NCBI GenBank assembly: GCA_900617105.1
Contig: UYFQ01000322.1
Coordinates: 1 to 54,950, forward strand
Direction of reading: 5' to 3'
Length of the DNA: 54,950 nt
Origin: Hydrurus foetidus
Lineage: Eukaryota
A program made the position numbers and the translations under genes. The notes beneath the pieces are model-generated. The model was not told the origin of the DNA. It was given only the letters and a program-made list of their open reading frames with translations, and made no database searches. Positions 8,562 to 23,500 of this stretch are shown in pieces (the stretch's first letter is position 1; each line of letters begins with the position of its first letter).

Positions 8562-11500
8562 TACATCTGCTCCGACAAGTGCGCCCTCCTGTCAGCCAAC
8601 CAGCAAGCCAACACCTGCGCCTACCTCGCGACTGACAGAACAATCCACGTCAGCATCTACATCTGCTCCGACAAGTGCGTCCTCCTGTCAGCCAACCAGC
8701 GAGCCAACACCTGCGCCTACCTCGTCACCAACAGTACTTCCCACGACCGTACCTATGAAATGCCCGAAAGGTCGTTTCTCGGCATCTGGATATACACCAT
8801 GCACTGAATGTGCTCCTGGATCATATTCAGACAAAATTGGTCGAAAGGAATGCATCCCATGCGAGCCAGGAAGAACATCTGCTTTTTGGGGCAGGGAATG
8901 GTGCGATAAGTGCGGTCAAGGTTACTTCGGAGGTCCAGAACTTCCCGCCATAAAATGCACAGAATGTGGATATTTTAAGTACCAAGATGCTGAGGGTGAG
9001 ACATCATGCAAAGATTGTCCTTCCAACAAAAACAATAAAGTTGCTATCAATTGCCGCGCTAGATTCACATTGTCACCAACAGAACAACCCACGTCAGCAT
9101 CTACATCTGCTCCGACAAGTGCGCCCTCCTGTCAGCCAACCAGCGAGCCAACACCTGCGCCTACCTCGCGACTGACAGAACAATCCACGTCAGCATCTAC
9201 ATCTGCTCCGACAAGTGCGCCCTCCTGTCAGCCAACCAGCGAGCCAACACCTGCGCCTACCTCGTCACCAACAGTACTTCCCACGACCGTACCTATGAAA
9301 TGCCCGAAAGGTCGTTTCTCGGCATCTGGATATACACCATGCACTGAATGTGCTCCTGGATCATATTCAGACAAAATTGGTCGAAAGGAATGCATCCCAT
9401 GCGAGCCAGGAAGAACATCTGCTTTTTGGGGCAGGGAATGGTGCGATAAGTGCGGTCAAGGTTACTTCGGAGGTCCAGAACTTCCCGCCATAAAATGCAC
9501 AGAATGTGGATATTTTAAGTACCAAGATGCTGAGGGTGAGACATCATGCAAAGATTGTGCTTCCAACAAAAACAATAAAGTTGCTATCAATTGCCGCGCT
9601 AGATTCACATTGTCACCAACAGAACAACCCACGTCAGCATCTACATCTGCTCCGACAAGTGCGCCCTCCTGTCAGCCAACCAGCGAGCCAACACCTGCGC
9701 CTACCTCGTCACCAACAGTACTTCCCACCTGCGCCTACCTCGTCACCAACAGTACTTCCCACGACCGTACCTATGAAATGCCCGAAAGGTCGTTTCTCGG
9801 CATCTGGATATACACCATGCACTGAATGTGCTCCTGGATCATATTCAGACAAAATTGGTCGAAAGGAATGCATCCCATGCGAGCCAGGAAGAACATCTGC
9901 TTTTTGGGGCAGGGAATGGTGCGATAAGTGCGGTCAAGGTTACTTCGGAGGTCCAGAACTTCCCGCCATAAAATGCACAGAATGTGGATATTTTAAGTAC
10001 CAAGATGCTGAGGGTGAGACATCATGCAAAGATTGTCCTTCCAACAAAAACAATAAAGTTGCTATCAATTGCCGCGCTAGATTCACATTGTCACCAACAG
10101 AACAACCCACGTCAGCATCTACATCTGCTCCGACAAGTGCGCCCTCCTGTCAGCCAACCAGCGAGCCAACACCTGCGCCTACCTCGTCACCAACAGTACA
10201 GCTCGACCGTCCCACCTACCTGAAATGACCCCTATGAAAGCCCGAAGGTCGTTTCTCGGCATCTGGATATACACCATGCACTGAATGTGCTCCTGGATCA
10301 TATTCAGACAAAATTGGTCGAAAGGAATGCATCCCATGCGAGCCAGGAAGAACATCTGCTTTTGGGGCAGGGAATGGTGCGATAAGTGCGGTCAAGGTTA
10401 CTTCGGAGGTCCAGAACTTCCCGCCATAAAATGCACAGAATGTGGATATTTTAAGTACCAAGATGCTGAGGGTGAGACATCATGCAAAGATTGTCCTTCT
10501 AACAAAAACAATAAAGTTGCTATCAATTGCCGCGCTAGATTCACATTGTCACCAACAGAACAACCCACGTCAGCATCTACATCTGCTCCGACAAGTGCGC
10601 CCTCCTGTCAGCCAACCAGCGACAACCCACCTCGTCAGCATCCACATCTGCTCCGACAAGTGCGCCCTCCTGTCAGCCAACCAGCGAGCCAACACCTGCG
10701 CCTACCTCGTCACCAACAGTACTTCCCACGACCGTACCTATGAAATGCCCGAAAGGTCGTTTCTCGGCATCTGGATATACACCATGCACTGAATGTGCTC
10801 CTGGATCATATTCAGACAAAATTGGTCGAAAGGAATGCATCCCATGCGAGCCAGGAAGAACATCTGCTTTTTGGGGCAGGGAATGGTGCGATAAGTGCGG
10901 TCAAGGTTACTTCGGAGGTCCAGAACTTCCCGCCATAAAATGCACAGAATGTGGATATTTTAAGTACCAAGATGCTGCGGGTGAGACATCATGCAAAGAT
11001 TGTCCTTCTAACAAAAACAATAAAGTTGCTATCAATTGCCGCGCTAGATTCACATTGTCACCAACAGAACAACCCACGTCAGCATCTACATCTGCTCCGA
11101 CAAGTGCGCCCTCCTGTCAGCCAACCAGCGAGCCAACACCTGCGCCTACCTCGCGACTGACAGAACAACCCACGTCAGCACCTACATCTGCTCCGACAAG
11201 TGCGCCCTCCTGTCAGCCAACCAGCGAGCCAACACCTGCGCCTACCTCGTCACCAACAGTACTTCCCACGACCGTACCTATGAAATGCCCGAAAGGTCGT
11301 TTCTCGGCATCTGGATATACACCATGCACTGAATGTGCTCCTGGATCATATTCAGACAAAATTGGTCGAAAGGAATGCATCCCATGCGAGCCAGGAAGAA
11401 CATCTGCTTTTTGGGGCAGGGAATGGTGCGATAAGTGCGGTCAAGGTTACTTCGGAGGTCCAGAACTTCCCGCCATAAAATGCACAGAATGTGGATATTT

Positions 11501-14500
11501 TAAGTACCAAGATGCTGAGGGTGAGACATCATGCAAAGATTGTCCTTCCAACAAAAACAATAAAGTTGCTATCAATTGCCGCGCTAGATTCACATTGTCA
11601 CCAACAGAACAACCCACGTCAGCATCTACATCTGCTCCGACAAGTGCGCCCTCCTGTCAGCCAACCAGCGAGCCAACACCTGCGCCTACCTCGTCACCAA
11701 CAGTACTTCCCACGACCGTACCTATGAAATGCCCGAAAGGTCGTTTCTCGGCATCTGGATATACACCATGCACTGAATGTGCTCCTGGATCATATTCAGA
11801 CAAAATTGGTCGAAAGGAATGCATCCCATGCGAGCCAGGAAGAACATCTGCTTTTTGGGCAGGGAATGGTGCGATAAGTGCGGTCAAGGTTACTTCGGAG
11901 GTCCAGAACTTCCCGCCATAAAATGCACAGAATGTGGATATTTTAAGTACCAAGATGTTGCGGGTGAGACATCATGCAAAGATTGTCCTTCTAACAAAAA
12001 CAATAAAGTTGCTATCAATTGCCGCGCTAGATTCACATTGTCACCAACAGAACAACCCACGTCAGCATCTACATCTGCTCCGACAAGTGCGCCCTCCTGT
12101 CAGCCAACCAGCGAGCCAACACCTGCGCCTACCTCGCGACTGACAGAACAACCCACGTCAGCATCTACATCTGCTCCGACAAGTGCGCCCTCCTGTCAGC
12201 CAACCAGCGAGCCAACACCTGCGCCTACCTCGTCACCAACAGTACTTCCCACGACCGTACCTATGAAATGCCCGAAAGGTCGTTTCTCGGCATCTGGATA
12301 TACACCATGCACTGAATGTGCTCCTGGATCATATTCAGACAAAATTGGTCGAAAGGAATGCATCCCATGCGAGCCAGGAAGAACATCTGCTTTTTGGGGC
12401 AGGGAATGGTGCGATAAGTGCGGTCAAGGTTACTTCGGAGGTCCAGAACTTCCCGCCATAAAATGCACAGAATGTGGATATTTTAAGTACCAAGATGCTG
12501 AGGGTGAGACATCATGCAAAGATTGTGCTTCCAACAAAAACAATAAAGTTGCTATCAATTGCCGCGCTAGATTCACATTGTCACCAACAGAACAACCCAC
12601 GTCAGCATCTACATCTGCTCCGACAAGTGCGCCCTCCTGTCAGCCAACCAGCGAGCCAACACCTGCGCCTACCTCGTCACCAACAGTACTTCCCACGACC
12701 GTACCTATGAAATGCCCGAAAGGTCGTTTCTCGGCATCTGGATATACACCATGCACTGAATGTGCTCCTGGATCATATTCAGACAAAATTGGTCGAAAGG
12801 AATGCATCCCATGCGAGCCAGGAAGAACATCTGCTTTTTGGGGCAGGGAATGGTGCGATAAGTGCGGTCAAGGTTACTTCGGAGGTCCAGAACTTCCCGC
12901 CATAAAATGCACAGAATGTGGATATTTTAAGTACCAAGATGCTGCGGGTGAGACATCATGCAAAGATTGTGCTTCTAACAAAAACAATAAAGTTGCTATC
13001 AATTGCCGCGCTAGATTCACATTGTCACCAACAGAACAACCCACGTCAGCATCTACATCTGCTCCGACAAGTGCGCCCTCCTGTCAGCCAACCAGCGAGC
13101 CAACACCTGCGCCTACCTCGTCACCAACAGTACTTCCCACGACCGTACCTATGAAATGCCCGAAAGGTCGTTTCTCGGCATCTGGATATACACCATGCAC
13201 TGAATGTGCTCCTGGATCATATTCAGACAAAATTGGTCGAAAGGAATGCATCCCATGCGAGCCAGGAAGAACATCTGCTTTTGGGGCAGGGAATGGTGCG
13301 ATAAGTGCGGTCAAGGTTACTTCGGAGGTCCAGAACTTCCCGCCATAAAATGCACAGAATGTGGATATTTTAAGTACCAAGATGCTGAGGGTGAGACATC
13401 ATGCAAAGATTGTCCTTCTAACAAAAACAATAAAGTTGCTATCAATTGCCGCGCTAGATTCACATTGTCACCAACAGAACAACCCACGTCAGCATCTACA
13501 TCTGCTCCGACAAGTGCGCCCTCCTGTCAGCCAACCAGCGAGCCAACACCTGCGCCTACCTCGTCACCAACAGTACTTCCCACGACCGTACCTATGAAAT
13601 GCCCGAAAGGTCGTTTCTCGGCATCTGGATATACACCATGCACTGAATGTGCTCCTGGATCATATTCAGACAAAATTGGTCGAAAGGAATGCATCCCATG
13701 CGAGCCAGGAAGAACATCTGCTTTTTGGGGCAGGGAATGGTGCGATAAGTGCGGTCAAGGTTACTTCGGAGGTCCAGAACTTCCCGCCATAAAATGCACA
13801 GAATGTGGATATTTTAAGTACCAAGATGTTGCGGGTGAGACATCATGCAAAGATTGTCCTTCCAACAAAAACAATAAAGTTGCTATCAATTGCCGCGCTA
13901 GATTCACATTGTCACCAACAGAACAACCCACGTCAGCATCTACATCTGCTCCGACAAGTGCGCCCTCCTGTCAGCCAACCAGCGAGCCAACACCTGCGCC
14001 TACCTCGTCACCAACAGTACTTCCCACGACCGTACCTATGAAATGCCCGAAAGGTCGTTTCTCGGCATCTGGATATACACCATGCACTGAATGTGCTCCT
14101 GGATCATATTCAGACAAAATTGGTCGAAAGGAATGCATCCCATGCGAGCCAGGAAGAACATCTGCTTTTTGGGGCAGGGAATGGTGCGATAAGTGCGGTC
14201 AAGGTTACTTCGGAGGTCCAGAACTTCCCGCCATAAAATGCACAGAATGTGGATATTTTAAGTACCAAGATGTTGAGGGTGAGACATCATGCAAAGATTG
14301 TGCTTCTAACAAAAACAATAAAGTTGCTATCAATTGCCGCGCTAGATTCACATTGTCACCAACAGAACAACCCACGTCAGCATCTACATCTGCTCCGACA
14401 AGTGCGCCCTCCTGTCAGCCAACCAGCGAGCCAACACCTGCGCCTACCTCGTCACCAACAGTACTTCCCACGACCGTACCTATGAAATGCCCGAAAGGTC

Positions 14501-17500
14501 GTTTCTCGGCATCTGGATATACACCATGCACTGAATGTGCTCCTGGATCATATTCAGACAAAATTGGTCGAAAGGAATGCATCCCATGCGAGCCAGGAAG
14601 AACATCTGCTTTTTGGGGCAGGGAATGGTGCGATAAGTGCGGTCAAGGTTACTTCGGAGGTCCAGAACTTCCCGCCATAAAATGCACAGAATGTGGATAT
14701 TTTAAGTACCAAGATGCTGCGGGTGAGACATCATGCAAAGATTGTGCTTCCAACAAAAACAATAAAGTTGCTATCAATTGCCGCGCTAGATTCACATTGT
14801 CACCAACAGAACAACCCACGTCAGCATCTACATCTGCTCCGACAAGTGCGCCCTCCTGTCAGCCAACCAGCGAGCCAACACCTGCGCCTACCTCGTCACC
14901 AACAGTACTTCCCACGACCGTACCTATGAAATGCCCGAAAGGTCGTTTCTCGGCATCTGGATATACACCATGCACTGAATGTGCTCCTGGATCATATTCA
15001 GACAAAATTGGTCGAAAGGAATGCATCCCATGCGAGCCAGGAAGAACATCTGCTTTTGGGGCAGGGAATGGTGCGATAAGTGCGGTCAAGGTTACTTCGG
15101 AGGTCCAGAACTTCCCGCCATAAAATGCACAGAATGTGGATATTTTAAGTACCAAGATGCTGCGGGTGAGACATCATGCAAAGATTGTGCTTCCAACAAA
15201 AACAATAAAGTTGCTATCAATTGCCGCGCTAGATTCACATTGTCACCAACAGAACAACCCACGTCAGCATCTACATCTGCTCCGACAAGTGCGCCCTCCT
15301 GTCAGCCAACCAGCGAGCCAACACCTGCGCCTACCTCGTCACCAACAGTACTTCCCACGACCGTACCTATGAAATGCCCGAAAGGTCGTTTCTCGGCATC
15401 TGGATATACACCATGCACTGAATGTGCTCCTGGATCATATTCAGACAAAATTGGTCGAAAGGAATGCATCCCATGCGAGCCAGGAAGAACATCTGCTTTT
15501 TGGGGCAGGGAATGGTGCGATAAGTGCGGTCAAGGTTACTTCGGAGGTCCAGAACTTCCCGCCATAAAATGCACAGAATGTGGATATTTTAAGTACCAAG
15601 ATGCTGCGGGTGAGACATCATGCAAAGATTGTCCTTCCAACAAAAACAATAAAGTTGCTATCAATTGCCGCGCTAGATTCACATTGTCACCAACAGAACA
15701 ACCCACGTCAGCATCTACATCTGCTCCGACAAGTGCGCCCTCCTGTCAGCCAACCAGCGAGCCAACACCTGCGCCTACCTCGTCACCAACAGTACTTCCC
15801 ACGACCGTACCTATGAAATGCCCGAAAGGTCGTTTCTCGGCATCTGGATATACACCATGCACTGAATGTGCTCCTGGATCATATTCAGACAAAATTGGTC
15901 GAAAGGAATGCATCCCATGCGAGCCAGGAAGAACATCTGCTTTTGGGGCAGGGAATGGTGCGATAAGTGCGGTCAAGGTTACTTCGGAGGTCCAGAACTT
16001 CCCGCCATAAAATGCACAGAATGTGGATATTTTAAGTACCAAGATGTTGCGGGTGAGACATCATGCAAAGATTGTGCTTCCAACAAAAACAATAAAGTTG
16101 CTATCAATTGCCGCGCTAGATTCACATTGTCACCAACAGAACAACCCACGTCAGCATCTACATCTGCTCCGACAAGTGCGCCCTCCTGTCAGCCAACCAG
16201 CGAGCCAACACCTGCGCCTACCTCGTCACCAACAGTACTTCCCACGACCGTACCTATGAAATGCCCGAAAGGTCGTTTCTCGGCATCTGGATATACACCA
16301 TGCACTGAATGTGCTCCTGGATCATATTCAGACAAAATTGGTCGAAAGGAATGCATCCCATGCGAGCCAGGAAGAACATCTGCTTTTGGGGCAGGGAATG
16401 GTGCGATAAGTGCGGTCAAGGTTACTTCGGAGGTCCAGAACTTCCCGCCATAAAATGCACAGAATGTGGATATTTTAAGTACCAAGATGTTGCGGGTGAG
16501 ACATCATGCAAAGATTGTCCTTCTAACAAAAACAATAAAGTTGCTATCAATTGCCGCGCTAGATTCACATTGTCACCAACAGAACAACCCACGTCAGCAT
16601 CTACATCTGCTCCGACAAGTGCGCCCTCCTGTCAGCCAACCAGCGAGCCAACACCTGCGCCTACCTCGTCACCAACAGTACTTCCCACGACCGTACCTAT
16701 GAAATGCCCGAAAGGTCGTTTCTCGGCATCTGGATATACACCATGCACTGAATGTGCTCCTGGATCATATTCAGACAAAATTGGTCGAAAGGAATGCATC
16801 CCATGCGAGCCAGGAAGAACATCTGCTTTTTGGGGCAGGGAATGGTGCGATAAGTGCGGTCAAGGTTACTTCGGAGGTCCAGAACTTCCCGCCATAAAAT
16901 GCACAGAATGTGGATATTTTAAGTACCAAGATGTTGCGGGTGAGACATCATGCAAAGATTGTGCTTCTAACAAAAACAATAAAGTTGCTATCAATTGCCG
17001 CGCTAGATTCACATTGTCACCAACAGAACAACCCACGTCAGCATCTACATCTGCTCCGACAAGTGCGCCCTCCTGTCAGCCAACCAGCGAGCCAACACCT
17101 GCGCCTACCTCGTCACCAACAGTACTTCCCACGACCGTACCTATGAAATGCCCGAAAGGTCGTTTCTCGGCATCTGGATATACACCATGCACTGAATGTG
17201 CTCCTGGATCATATTCAGACAAAATTGGTCGAAAGGAATGCATCCCATGCGAGCCAGGAAGAACATCTGCTTTTGGGGCAGGGAATGGTGCGATAAGTGC
17301 GGTCAAGGTTACTTCGGAGGTCCAGAACTTCCCGCCATAAAATGCACAGAATGTGGATATTTTAAGTACCAAGATGTTGCGGGTGAGACATCATGCAAAG
17401 ATTGTGCTTCTAACAAAAACAATAAAGTTGCTATCAATTGCCGCGCTAGATTCACATTGTCACCAACAGAACAACCCACGTCAGCATCTACATCTGCTCC

Positions 17501-20500
17501 GACAAGTGCGCCCTCCTGTCAGCCAACCAGCGAGCCAACACCTGCGCCTACCTCGTCACCAACAGTACTTCCCACGACCGTACCTATGAAATGCCCGAAA
17601 GGTCGTTTCTCGGCATCTGGATATACACCATGCACTGAATGTGCTCCTGGATCATATTCAGACAAAATTGGTCGAAAGGAATGCATCCCATGCGAGCCAG
17701 GAAGAACATCTGCTTTTTGGGGCAGGGAATGGTGCGATAAGTGCGGTCAAGGTTACTTCGGAGGTCCAGAACTTCCCGCCATAAAATGCACAGAATGTGG
17801 ATATTTTAAGTACCAAGATGTTGCGGGTGAGACATCATGCAAAGATTGTGCTTCTAACAAAAACAATAAAGTTGCTATCAATTGCCGCGCTAGATTCACA
17901 TTGTCACCAACAGAACAACCCACGTCAGCATCTACATCTGCTCCGACAAGTGCGCCCTCCTGTCAGCCAACCAGCGAGCCAACACCTGCGCCTACCTCGT
18001 CACCAACAGTACTTCCCACGACCGTACCTATGAAATGCCCGAAAGGTCGTTTCTCGGCATCTGGATATACACCATGCACTGAATGTGCTCCTGGATCATA
18101 TTCAGACAAAATTGGTCGAAAGGAATGCATCCCATGCGAGCCAGGAAGAACATCTGCTTTTTGGGCAGGGAATGGTGCGATAAGTGCGGTCAAGGTTACT
18201 TCGGAGGTCCAGAACTTCCCGCCATAAAATGCACAGAATGTGGATATTTTAAGTACCAAGATGTTGCGGGTGAGACATCATGCAAAGATTGTGCTTCTAA
18301 CAAAAACAATAAAGTTGCTATCAATTGCCGCGCTAGATTCACATTGTCACCAACAGAACAACCCACGTCAGCATCTACATCTGCTCCGACAAGTGCGCCC
18401 TCCTGTCAGCCAACCAGCGAGCCAACACCTGCGCCTACCTCGTCACCAACAGTACTTCCCACGACCGTACCTATGAAATGCCCGAAAGGTCGTTTCTCGG
18501 CATCTGGATATACACCATGCACTGAATGTGCTCCTGGATCATATTCAGACAAAATTGGTCGAAAGGAATGCATCCCATGCGAGCCAGGAAGAACATCTGC
18601 TTTTTGGGGCAGGGAATGGTGCGATAAGTGCGGTCAAGGTTACTTCGGAGGTCCAGAACTTCCCGCCATAAAATGCACAGAATGTGGATATTTTAAGTAC
18701 CAAGATGTTGCGGGTGAGACATCATGCAAAGATTGTGCTTCTAACAAAAACAATAAAGTTGCTATCAATTGCCGCGCTAGATTCACATTGTCACCAACAG
18801 AACAACCCACGTCAGCATCTACATCTGCTCCGACAAGTGCGCCCTCCTGTCAGCCAACCAGCGAGCCAACACCTGCGCCTACCTCGTCACCAACAGTACT
18901 TCCCACGACCGTACCTATGAAATGCCCGAAAGGTCGTTTCTCGGCATCTGGATATACACCATGCACTGAATGTGCTCCTGGATCATATTCAGACAAAATT
19001 GGTCGAAAGGAATGCATCCCATGCGAGCCAGGAAGAACATCTGCTTTTTGGGGCAGGGAATGGTGCGATAAGTGCGGTCAAGGTTACTTCGGAGGTCCAG
19101 AACTTCCCGCCATAAAATGCACAGAATGTGGATATTTTAAGTACCAAGATGTTGCGGGTGAGACATCATGCAAAGATTGTGCTTCTAACAAAAACAATAA
19201 AGTTGCTATCAATTGCCGCGCTAGATTCACATTGTCACCAACAGAACAACCCACGTCAGCATCTACATCTGCTCCGACAAGTGCGCCCTCCTGTCAGCCA
19301 ACCAGCGAGCCAACACCTGCGCCTACCTCGTCACCAACAGTACTTCCCACGACCGTACCTATGAAATGCCCGAAAGGTCGTTTCTCGGCATCTGGATATA
19401 CACCATGCACTGAATGTGCTCCTGGATCATATTCAGACAAAATTGGTCGAAAGGAATGCATCCCATGCGAGCCAGGAAGAACATCTGCTTTTGGGGCAGG
19501 GAATGGTGCGATAAGTGCGGTCAAGGTTACTTCGGAGGTCCAGAACTTCCCGCCATAAAATGCACAGAATGTGGATATTTTAAGTACCAAGATGCTGCGG
19601 GTGAGACATCATGCAAAGATTGTGCTTCCAACAAAAACAATAAAGTTGCTATCAATTGCCGCGCTAGATTCACATTGTCACCAACAGAACAACCCACGTC
19701 AGCATCTACATCTGCTCCGACAAGTGCGCCCTCCTGTCAGCCAACCAGCGAGCCAACACCTGCGCCTACCTCGTCACCAACAGTACTTCCCACGACCGTA
19801 CCTATGAAATGCCCGAAAGGTCGTTTCTCGGCATCTGGATATACACCATGCACTGAATGTGCTCCTGGATCATATTCAGACAAAATTGGTCGAAAGGAAT
19901 GCATCCCATGCGAGCCAGGAAGAACATCTGCTTTTGGGGCAGGGAATGGTGCGATAAGTGCGGTCAAGGTTACTTCGGAGGTCCAGAACTTCCCGCCATA
20001 AAATGCACAGAATGTGGATATTTTAAGTACCAAGATGCTGCGGGTGAGACATCATGCAAAGATTGTGCTTCCAACAAAAACAATAAAGTTGCTATCAATT
20101 GCCGCGCTAGATTCACATTGTCACCAACAGAACAACCCACGTCAGCATCTACATCTGCTCCGACAAGTGCGCCCTCCTGTCAGCCAACCAGCGAGCCAAC
20201 ACCTGCGCCTACCTCGTCACCAACAGTACTTCCCACGACCGTACCTATGAAATGCCCGAAAGGTCGTTTCTCGGCATCTGGATATACACCATGCACTGAA
20301 TGTGCTCCTGGATCATATTCAGACAAAATTGGTCGAAAGGAATGCATCCCATGCGAGCCAGGAAGAACATCTGCTTTTTGGGGCAGGGAATGGTGCGATA
20401 AGTGCGGTCAAGGTTACTTCGGAGGTCCAGAACTTCCCGCCATAAAATGCACAGAATGTGGATATTTTAAGTACCAAGATGTTGCGGGTGAGACATCATG

Positions 20501-23500
20501 CAAAGATTGTGCTTCTAACAAAAACAATAAAGTTGCTATCAATTGCCGCGCTAGATTCACATTGTCACCAACAGAACAACCCACGTCAGCATCTACATCT
20601 GCTCCGACAAGTGCGCCCTCCTGTCAGCCAACCAGCGAGCCAACACCTGCGCCTACCTCGTCACCAACAGTACTTCCCACGACCGTACCTATGAAATGCC
20701 CGAAAGGTCGTTTCTCGGCATCTGGATATACACCATGCACTGAATGTGCTCCTGGATCATATTCAGACAAAATTGGTCGAAAGGAATGCATCCCATGCGA
20801 GCCAGGAAGAACATCTGCTTTTTGGGGCAGGGAATGGTGCGATAAGTGCGGTCAAGGTTACTTCGGAGGTCCAGAACTTCCCGCCATAAAATGCACAGAA
20901 TGTGGATATTTTAAGTACCAAGATGTTGCGGGTGAGACATCATGCAAAGATTGTGCTTCTAACAAAAACAATAAAGTTGCTATCAATTGCCGCGCTAGAT
21001 TCACATTGTCACCAACAGAACAACCCACGTCAGCATCTACATCTGCTCCGACAAGTGCGCCCTCCTGTCAGCCAACCAGCGAGCCAACACCTGCGCCTAC
21101 CTCGTCACCAACAGTACTTCCCACGACCGTACCTATGAAATGCCCGAAAGGTCGTTTCTCGGCATCTGGATATACACCATGCACTGAATGTGCTCCTGGA
21201 TCATATTCAGACAAAATTGGTCGAAAGGAATGCATCCCATGCGAGCCAGGAAGAACATCTGCTTTTTGGGGCAGGGAATGGTGCGATAAGTGCGGTCAAG
21301 GTTACTTCGGAGGTCCAGAACTTCCCGCCATAAAATGCACAGAATGTGGATATTTTAAGTACCAAGATGTTGCGGGTGAGACATCATGCAAAGATTGTGC
21401 TTCTAACAAAAACAATAAAGTTGCTATCAATTGCCGCGCTAGATTCACATTGTCACCAACAGAACAACCCACGTCAGCATCTACATCTGCTCCGACAAGT
21501 GCGCCCTCCTGTCAGCCAACCAGCGAGCCAACACCTGCGCCTACCTCGTCACCAACAGTACTTCCCACGACCGTACCTATGAAATGCCCGAAAGGTCGTT
21601 TCTCGGCATCTGGATATACACCATGCACTGAATGTGCTCCTGGATCATATTCAGACAAAATTGGTCGAAAGGAATGCATCCCATGCGAGCCAGGAAGAAC
21701 ATCTGCTTTTTGGGGCAGGGAATGGTGCGATAAGTGCGGTCAAGGTTACTTCGGAGGTCCAGAACTTCCCGCCATAAAATGCACAGAATGTGGATATTTT
21801 AAGTACCAAGATGTTGCGGGTGAGACATCATGCAAAGATTGTGCTTCTAACAAAAACAATAAAGTTGCTATCAATTGCCGCGCTAGATTCACATTGTCAC
21901 CAACAGAACAACCCACGTCAGCATCTACATCTGCTCCGACAAGTGCGCCCTCCTGTCAGCCAACCAGCGAGCCAACACCTGCGCCTACCTCGTCACCAAC
22001 AGTACTTCCCACGACCGTACCTATGAAATGCCCGAAAGGTCGTTTCTCGGCATCTGGATATACACCATGCACTGAATGTGCTCCTGGATCATATTCAGAC
22101 AAAATTGGTCGAAAGGAATGCATCCCATGCGAGCCAGGAAGAACATCTGCTTTTTGGGGCAGGGAATGGTGCGATAAGTGCGGTCAAGGTTACTTCGGAG
22201 GTCCAGAACTTCCCGCCATAAAATGCACAGAATGTGGATATTTTAAGTACCAAGATGTTGCGGGTGAGACATCATGCAAAGATTGTGCTTCTAACAAAAA
22301 CAATAAAGTTGCTATCAATTGCCGCGCTAGATTCACATTGTCACCAACAGAACAACCCACGTCAGCATCTACATCTGCTCCGACAAGTGCGCCCTCCTGT
22401 CAGCCAACCAGCGAGCCAACACCTGCGCCTACCTCGTCACCAACAGTACTTCCCACGACCGTACCTATGAAATGCCCGAAAGGTCGTTTCTCGGCATCTG
22501 GATATACACCATGCACTGAATGTGCTCCTGGATCATATTCAGACAAAATTGGTCGAAAGGAATGCATCCCATGCGAGCCAGGAAGAACATCTGCTTTTTG
22601 GGGCAGGGAATGGTGCGATAAGTGCGGTCAAGGTTACTTCGGAGGTCCAGAACTTCCCGCCATAAAATGCACAGAATGTGGATATTTTAAGTACCAAGAT
22701 GTTGCGGGTGAGACATCATGCAAAGATTGTGCTTCTAACAAAAACAATAAAGTTGCTATCAATTGCCGCGCTAGATTCACATTGTCACCAACAGAACAAC
22801 CCACGTCAGCATCTACATCTGCTCCGACAAGTGCGCCCTCCTGTCAGCCAACCAGCGAGCCAACACCTGCGCCTACCTCGTCACCAACAGTACTTCCCAC
22901 GACCGTACCTATGAAATGCCCGAAAGGTCGTTTCTCGGCATCTGGATATACACCATGCACTGAATGTGCTCCTGGATCATATTCAGACAAAATTGGTCGA
23001 AAGGAATGCATCCCATGCGAGCCAGGAAGAACATCTGCTTTTTGGGGCAGGGAATGGTGCGATAAGTGCGGTCAAGGTTACTTCGGAGGTCCAGAACTTC
23101 CCGCCATAAAATGCACAGAATGTGGATATTTTAAGTACCAAGATGTTGCGGGTGAGACATCATGCAAAGATTGTGCTTCTAACAAAAACAATAAAGTTGC
23201 TATCAATTGCCGCGCTAGATTCACATTGTCACCAACAGAACAACCCACGTCAGCATCTACATCTGCTCCGACAAGTGCGCCCTCCTGTCAGCCAACCAGC
23301 GAGCCAACACCTGCGCCTACCTCGTCACCAACAGTACTTCCCACGACCGTACCTATGAAATGCCCGAAAGGTCGTTTCTCGGCATCTGGATATACACCAT
23401 GCACTGAATGTGCTCCTGGATCATATTCAGACAAAATTGGTCGAAAGGAATGCATCCCATGCGAGCCAGGAAGAACATCTGCTTTTTGGGGCAGGGAATG

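Noticed and set aside
1624..8643. Short opposite-strand or off-frame ORFs (1624-1854, 1851-2177, 2578-2841, 2741-3013, 6593-6778, 7778-8032, 8124-8345, 8225-8410, 8401-8643)
   Set aside because: They are antisense or off-frame to better-supported spliced genes or the array, or lie in apparently non-coding DNA, and show no recognisable motifs.
8755..9060. Multiheme cytochrome or ferredoxin interpretation of the CxxC motifs
   Set aside because: No CxxCH (the unit has no His) and no CxxCxxC spacing; the context is eukaryotic with mucin-like linkers.
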